From Escherichia coli (GTDB taxonomy: Bacteria; Pseudomonadota; Gammaproteobacteria; Enterobacterales; Enterobacteriaceae): 64,000 bases of DNA. Within the stretch, counting starts at the first letter, position 1; the number at the start of each line of letters is the position of its first letter. The notes under the pieces are model-generated. The model had not been told where the DNA came from. It saw only the letters and a list, made by a program, of their open reading frames with translations, and ran no database searches. The stretch lies in the NCBI RefSeq assembly GCF_016026235.1, contig NZ_CP065613.1; one strand, written 5' to 3'. Both the position numbers and the translations under genes were made by a program. Shown one piece after another: positions 63,439 to 64,000 of the stretch.

Positions 63439-64000
63439 TGACTTGATAATGTCTCCGCATTACACAGACCATGGCGAATTGCCAGGTGAGTCAGCTCAAC
63501 ATCGCCATGAATGTTTAGTTTACTGAACATACGATAGCGGTAGCTGTTCACCGTTTTCGGACTGAGATTGAGCTGTTCTGAGATCTCATTGACCTTCTGG
63601 CCCTTGGTGATCATCAGCATAATCTGCAATTCACGTTCAGACAAACTGGCAAATGGGCTTTCTGTTTTTTCTGGTTCGATCTGGCTTAACGCCATTTGTT
63701 GAGCGATATCAGAAGCAATGTAACGCTGCCCTGAATAGACAGAACGAATCGCACTCACGACTTCCTGCGGAGCCGCGCCTTTGCTGAGGTAGCCCGCAGC
63801 ACCGGCCTGCATGACTTTAGCTGGTAAAGGGTTTTCTGTATGGACGGTAAGCATGATGATTTTGACATCAGCTGTGGAACGCGCGATTTTACGCGTCGCC
63901 TCAAGACCGCCAATGCCCGGCATACTCATGTCCATTAGCACCACGTCAACGGCATTTGTCCGGCACCACTTAACGGCGTCTTCACCGCACGATGCCTCAC
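63435..64000 (-). CDS. uvrY: Response regulator UvrY, partial (N-terminus beyond the window end)
   Basis: ORF 63435..63944 matches UvrY from ...[22 protein letters not shown] to the C-terminus; the reading frame stays open to the window edge. Confidence 0.88.
   Translation of the reverse strand, partial: EASCGEDAVKWCRTNAVDVVLMDMSMPGIGGLEATRKIARSTADVKIIMLTVHTENPLPAKVMQAGAAGYLSKGAAPQEVVSAIRSVYSGQRYIASDIAQQMALSQIEPEKTESPFASLSERELQIMLMITKGQKVNEISEQLNLSPKTVNSYRYRMFSKLNIHGDVELTHLAIRHGLCNAETLSSQ

Overview
This 64 kb window is an Escherichia coli / Shigella-type chromosomal segment, identified by reading the ORF translations against gene families recalled from memory (no database search was run). 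Left to right: the flagellar-chemotaxis region on the minus strand (flhE partial, flhA, flhB, cheZ, cheY, cheB, cheR, tap, tar, cheW, cheA, motB, motA, flhC, flhD), then uspC, otsBA, araHGF, ftnB, yecJ, azuC, yecR, ftnA, yecH, tyrP and yecA. A mosaic genomic island of about 28.4 kb follows, inserted at the 3' end of tRNA-Leu (leuZ) and bounded by ~112 bp direct repeats, and then leuZ-cysT-glyW, pgsA, uvrC and a partial uvrY. Three things stand out. (1) A low-GC insertion of about 2.3 kb between flhB and cheZ encodes a Dgt-family dGTPase-like HD hydrolase translationally coupled to a CCA/poly(A)-polymerase-type minimal nucleotidyltransferase; I cannot place this pairing in a described system and it is my top candidate for an uncharacterised module. 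(2) The motility regulon is decaying: flhB has a premature amber codon, cheA has a frameshift plus an amber codon, and motA is split by an IS10-like element, while flhDC, flhA, tar, tap, cheW, cheY, cheB, cheR, cheZ and motB look intact. Both amber codons sit in CCTAGG, the product expected from 5-methylcytosine deamination at Dcm sites. (3) The island carries an IS110-family element, an IS1-disrupted DUF4011 helicase-nuclease gene of about 1,900 aa, a GmrSD-like DUF262 gene pair, a type I R-M operon with an embedded YecA-family paralog and an M48 peptidase, two AT-rich orphan genes, two tyrosine integrases and three IS1 copies. No CRISPR array or phage structural genes were seen.
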